NCBI GenBank assembly: GCA_963837215.1
Contig: CAWIML010000006.1
Coordinates: 2,271 to 66,270, forward strand
Source of the DNA: an uncultured Chloroflexia bacterium
GTDB lineage: Bacteria; Chloroflexota; Limnocylindria; Limnocylindrales; CSP1-4
Direction: 5' to 3'
Length of the DNA: 64,000 bases
Shown: positions 61,590 through 64,000 of the stretch, piece after piece
Position numbering within the stretch: the first letter of the stretch is position 1
How the letters are laid out: every line of letters starts with the position of its first letter
Position numbers and translations under genes: made by a program
Notes under the pieces: model-generated
Databases searched by the model: none
Told to the model about the DNA's origin: nothing
What the model saw: only the letters and a program-made list of their open reading frames with translations

Positions 61590-62429
61590 ATGCACCTGAC
61601 CGTCCGCCTCTTCGCGCTCCAGCGCCAACAGCTCGGCGTCCGCCAGCTGGCGCTCGAGGTGGGCGAGGGGGCGACCATCGACGATGCCTGGGCTGCCCTC
61701 TGTGCGGCGCACCCGACGTTGTCCGCGGCCGAACAGTCGATGCGATTCGCGCGCAACGGGGTCTACGCCGACCGGCACGACCAGCTCGCCGATGGTGACG
61801 AGCTGGCCCTCATCCCGCCGGTGGCGGGCGGCTCGGACGCGGCCGACGATCCGGTCGCTTCCGCGGACCGACCTGTCCGATGGATCGCCTTGAGCGTCGC
61901 GCCCATCCGCGACGCCGACCTGGCCGAGCTCCGCGCGGCCGTCTCGACCGATGCCGACGGCGCCGTGATCACCTTCCTCGGCCGCACGCGCGAGAGTCCG
62001 GGGACGCCGGCACCTGGACAGGAGGCTGAGGCTGCGCGGTTCGCCGGGCAGCGCGTGATCGGGCTCGACTACGAGGCCTACGAGGCCATGGCCATGGCGA
62101 CCCTGGAGGTCATCGCCGACGAGATCGCGGTCCGCTTCGGAGTCCACCGACTGGCCATCGTCCATCGCGTCGGCGAGGTCGGTGTGGGCGAGACGAGCGT
62201 CGCCATCGCCGTCGCCGCCGCCCATCGCGGCGAAGCCTTCGACGCCTGCCGCTACGCCATCGAGGAGCTCAAGGCGCGCGCACCGATCTGGAAGTCGGAG
62301 CGCTTCGCGGACGGCAGCGTCTGGCTCGGTGCGCCGGCCCGCAGCGGGCCACCGCCAGAGCCGGCGGAGCCGCCCGGCGCGCCGGCGCCACCAGGCCGAC
62401 CGGGTTCTGCAGGGAAGGGGAGCGCATGA
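61590..62429 (+). CDS. Fused MoaD-MoaE molybdopterin synthase (sulfur-carrier plus catalytic subunit)
   Basis: Intact 279 aa ORF. The N-terminal ~80 aa ThiS/MoaD-like part ends ..DELALIPPVAGG. A MoaE-like part follows (ADGAVITFLGRTRE.., ..GETSVAIAVAAAHRGEAFDACRYAIEELKARAPIWK). Confidence 0.85.
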   Translation: MHLTVRLFALQRQQLGVRQLALEVGEGATIDDAWAALCAAHPTLSAAEQSMRFARNGVYADRHDQLADGDELALIPPVAGGSDAADDPVASADRPVRWIALSVAPIRDADLAELRAAVSTDADGAVITFLGRTRESPGTPAPGQEAEAARFAGQRVIGLDYEAYEAMAMATLEVIADEIAVRFGVHRLAIVHRVGEVGVGETSVAIAVAAAHRGEAFDACRYAIEELKARAPIWKSERFADGSVWLGAPARSGPPPEPAEPPGAPAPPGRPGSAGKGSA

Positions 62430-63262
62430 AGGTCTACGTCTCGGTCGACATGGAGGGCATCGCCGGCATCAGTCATCCTGGCCCGACCGGTCGCGCGGAC
62501 CGCGACTACCCGGCTGCCGTCGAGCTCATGACCGGCGAGGCGAACGCAGCCGTCTCGGGTGCGCTGGCCGGCGGCGCGACCGAGGTCGTCGTCAACGACG
62601 CTCATGGCGGGATGTACAACCTGACGCCCGAGAAGGTTCATCCATCCGCGCGGCTCGTCCAGGGCCAGAAGCCGTACAGCATGGTCGAGGCCGCCACCGT
62701 GGCCGGCGACATCGGGCTTGCCCTCTTCGTCGGCTACCACGCTCGGGCGGGGCACCCGCGCGGGACGATCGCACACACGTACAGCGGTGCTGCGACCCTG
62801 ACCACGCTGGCCTCCCGGCCGGTCGGCGAGTACGGCATCAACGCACTCTTCCTGGGCGCCCTTGGCGTGCCCGTCGGCATGGTCACGGGCGACGATGCGC
62901 TGGCCGAGGAGGTCGCCGAGTGGTTGCCCGGAGCCGAGCGTGTCGTGGTCAAGCATGCCGTCTCCGGCCACGCCGCCGACTCGCTCCACCCGAGCCGAGC
63001 CCGCGAGCTGGTGGAGGCGGGCGCCCGACGAGCGGTCGAGCGTGCCATCGGTGGCGATCAAACGCTGGCGCCGCTCATCCTCCCGGCGCCCATCCGCGTT
63101 GGCATCGACTTCGCACGGCCTGCGCAGGCCGATTTCGTGGCGGTCATGCCGGGCATGCGACGGGAGGGCGATCGGGGCGTCATCTACGACGCGCAGGATG
63201 GGGTCGAGGCCTTCCGCGCCTTCGTCTGCGCGATCCGGCTGGCCGGCCTGGTGACCGACTGA
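62426..63262 (+). CDS. D-aminopeptidase DppA-type (peptidase M55)
   Basis: Intact 278 aa ORF beginning MKVYVSVDMEGIAGI, with VVVNDAHGGM. ATGA overlap with the MoaD-MoaE stop. Confidence 0.9.
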   Translation: MKVYVSVDMEGIAGISHPGPTGRADRDYPAAVELMTGEANAAVSGALAGGATEVVVNDAHGGMYNLTPEKVHPSARLVQGQKPYSMVEAATVAGDIGLALFVGYHARAGHPRGTIAHTYSGAATLTTLASRPVGEYGINALFLGALGVPVGMVTGDDALAEEVAEWLPGAERVVVKHAVSGHAADSLHPSRARELVEAGARRAVERAIGGDQTLAPLILPAPIRVGIDFARPAQADFVAVMPGMRREGDRGVIYDAQDGVEAFRAFVCAIRLAGLVTD

Positions 63263-63324
63263 GCGCCTATCATCGGCGGAGCGCCCGACTGCCCCGTCGA
63301 GCGAAGGGCCATCCCGGAGGGACC

Positions 63325-64000
63325 GTGACCGACGAACACGCCGCTCCTCGATCGGTCGTCGCGACCGGTGTGGCTGGTGAGTCGGGCCCGATGGCCGGGG
63401 AGACGCAAGGGCTCTCCGGGCCCCCGCCGGCACGCTGCCGACCGCGCGACCTCGGCATCGTCATCGGCCTCATGCCGCCGGGCCCGACCAACTCGATCGT
63501 CGACGTGCCAGGCGTCAAGGTCGGCCATGCCACAGTCTGGCGCGACGAGCCCAGGCCCCCCGCCGGTCGCGGCACCGCCAGGAGCGGTGTGACCGTCGTC
63601 CTGCCGGACGCCATCGACACGCTCTCCGCCCTCCCGATCCACGCCGGGGTCGCGGTCCTGAACGGATCCGGCGAGATGACCGCACGGACGCAGATCGATG
63701 AACAGGGCGTCATCGAGAGCCCGATCTTCCTGACCTCGACCATGGCCGTCGGACGGGTCTACGACGCCGCCGATCCACCTGCTCGTAGCCGAGAACCCGG
63801 CCGCGGATCCCGACTACGCATTGGTCCCCGTCGTCGCCGAGTGCTCGGACGCCTTCTTGAGCGACGCGCGATTCGTGCAGGTCGATGAGGCGGACGTGCG
63901 CGCCGCCATCGCGGGCGCCACGGGGCTCGGAGGCGGGATCCGTCTCGGGTGGAGCCATCGGCGCGGGCACCGGCATGGTCTGTCACGAGCTGAAGGGCGG
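63325..64000 (+). CDS. DmpA/P1 (peptidase S58) family aminopeptidase, 3' partial (frame changes near ~63770 and ~63940)
   Basis: The start is GTG 63325 after GGAGGG, or ATG 63391. Motifs: RDLGIVIGLMPPGPTNSIVDVPGVKVGHATV and VLNGSGEMT. Later parts (..AECSDAFLSDARF.., ..GAGTGMVCHELKGG) lie in other frames, and the gene runs off the window. Confidence 0.75.

Noticed and set aside
62182-63324. 5' part of the 568 aa plus-strand ORF 62182..63888
   Set aside because: Only the portion from ~63325 onward matches a DmpA/S58 peptidase. Upstream it overlaps MoaDE and DppA out of frame and is Arg/Pro/Gly-rich, so it is treated as a read-through artefact.

Overview
Very GC-rich bacterial chromosomal segment. 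Third codon positions are almost all G/C, and the gene content looks Actinomycetota- or Chloroflexota-like, but the taxon cannot be determined from this window. No rRNA, tRNA, CRISPR array, transposase or integrase was found. Layout: (1) 1-11.5 kb, minus strand: one co-directional block with overlapping starts and stops. It encodes a Zn-ribbon/class III nucleotide cyclase-STAND ATPase-TPR protein, a PP2C phosphatase and five tandem paralogous membrane Ser/Thr kinases that share a Cys-containing ectodomain I cannot name. (2) 11.9-20.5 kb, plus strand: a translationally coupled branched-chain amino acid operon, ilvB-ilvN-ilvC-leuA-leuB-cimA, followed by a stand-alone LeuA regulatory-domain protein and preceded by a terminator-like leader. 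(3) 20.5-34.3 kb: DUF4332 protein, pheA, a type I membrane protein with cytoplasmic SH3, two paralogous GGDEF-EAL proteins, PPK2, an aldehyde dehydrogenase, a decayed second cyclase-STAND gene and a frameshifted second acetolactate-synthase-like gene. (4) 34.3-37.5 kb: a hairpin-rich stretch of visibly lower GC holding only gene wreckage. (5) 38.7-42.9 kb: a giant secreted PQQ-sugar-dehydrogenase/PKD/NPCBM/DNRLRE protein with a near-identical ~0.72 kb tandem duplication. (6) 42.9-59.1 kb: a cell-envelope glycan island. It contains a deacetylase, an FAD oxidoreductase, a GT2, wecB, a small secreted protein with a PEP-CTERM-like but non-canonical C-terminal signal, an exosortase-EpsI fusion, a Zn-ribbon processive GT2, a GT-C-like membrane protein, two GH5 hydrolases and a GNAT. 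This is my best candidate for an undescribed protein-sorting/exopolysaccharide system. (7) 59.2-64 kb: an MBL hydrolase, a MoaD-MoaE fusion and DppA and DmpA peptidases. About 20 genes can only be read as full-length homologs by changing frame, and these frame changes are strongly clustered. I cannot tell real decay from assembly indels without reads. Reconstructed spans are given, and the ORF-track fragments are named in the evidence.
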